A stretch of DNA of 62,956 nucleotides, the filler included, from Lenisia limosa (taxonomy: Eukaryota > Protista > Breviatea): the NCBI GenBank assembly GCA_001655205.1. It is 8 parts of 8 records of this genome, joined end to end, with 100 filler letters (N's around TTAATTAATTAA, not from the genome) between each part and the next. Parts side by side here need not be neighbours in the genome. Positions count along the whole stretch, not along the records: positions 61,387 to 62,956 come from LPNZ01007656.1; 7 more parts are not named here. The stretch is one strand, 5' to 3'. Each line of letters starts with the position of its first letter. The first letter of the stretch is position 1. Below the pieces are notes generated by a model. It was not told the DNA's origin. It was given only the letters and a program-made list of their open reading frames with translations, and made no database searches. Below, piece by piece: positions 62,401 to 62,956 of this stretch. The translations under genes and the position numbers were made by a program.

Positions 62401-62956
62401 TTACTTGTCACGGCTCAGCTGCTCGTAGAGCTTTGGAACGGATTCGTCCCAAATTCCCTGTGAAATCAATAGAATTCTCAGAATCTGCCCCTGCTATCAA
62501 CTACACCTCTCAAAGCAACCCCCCCCCCTGTTTTTTTAAATTTGAAAAGCGTCACACTCCTTTTCATCCATGGCCTCACTCTCCTGTTTCCCTGATTTTA
62601 TTATTTTGTCTTGCCAACGTAGGGCTTCATGTGAAAAAGACTCAACTTATCAATAAATCCTCGAAAATCCTCGATATTTTATCGGGTTTTGCAGACCAGA
62701 GTGAACCCCACCGTTTGTGTTTTTGGAATCTCGCTTTTGTCTAGTTTTGGCGTTAGTTGTTATTGCATGTATTTTTGTTTTCTGTTGTTTGGAGTTTCAG
62801 ATGATTTGGTTCGTGATTAGTACCTTAACGTCTATATTCACCATCGAAATTTCCTTCGTTTACCCCCCCTCCCACTTGGAACCAGTTGCAGGCGACAACC
62901 TTGCTAAATCCGGCCTCAGGCGTGGTGTCAAGCCACTTCTGGAAGTCAAAGGCGGG
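62401..62956 (-). CDS. Phosphatidylethanolamine-binding protein (PEBP/RKIP family), last two exons
   Basis: FDFQKWLDTTPEAGFSKVVACNWFQ / GIWDESVPKLYEQLSRDK* (TAA 62401-62403), matching the PEBP C-terminal pattern VAG-x-[CF][YF]Q-A-E-W-D-D-x-VPKLYEQL. Confidence 0.85.
62622..62708. mobile_element. MITE family A copy, internally deleted (PEBP intron)
   Basis: TA-GGGCTTCA..AAAAAGACT..ATCCTCGATATTTTATCGG..GAGTGAACCC. Confidence 0.75.

Noticed and set aside
1-62956. Autonomous transposase, reverse transcriptase, viral or prokaryotic/endosymbiont genes
   Set aside because: No long intronless ORF with such motifs. Every recognisable gene is a spliced eukaryotic gene.

Overview
Intron-rich eukaryotic nuclear DNA, probably a protist; the species cannot be determined from the sequence. 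Genes end in TAA/TAG, so it does not use a ciliate-type code. Exons are mostly 50-130 nt. The window is not one locus: seven identical 100-nt artificial linkers (44 N + TTAATTAATTAA + 44 N) join eight scaffolds, so gene order across them is meaningless. Genes spliced by hand: an inositol polyphosphate 5-phosphatase, a TEX45/SAXO5-like repeat protein, the CRIB-containing N-terminus of a PAK, a BRCT/Dbf4-N-like protein, MON1, a kinase-only NEK, tRNA-Ile(AAT), a >14 kb receptor-like gene (IPT/TIG, Cys-rich and multi-pass TM regions), an ankyrin protein whose repeats grew by exon+intron tandem duplication, a large Q/N/W- and Pro-rich low-complexity protein, the 3' half of MCM3, a multi-pass membrane protein and the 3' end of a PEBP/RKIP gene. 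The most notable non-coding structure is a dense set of small intronic elements: a 96-bp TIR MITE (about 19 copies), a TA-flanked CAGTG MITE, and two non-palindromic families that sit sense to their host genes. One of these (family B) repeatedly ends at and supplies the 3' splice site, and makes up almost a whole MCM3 intron, so it is an introner-like candidate. Introns also tend to start with a G-run and end with a C-run. All gene models are manual, without RNA data, and N gaps hide several exons.
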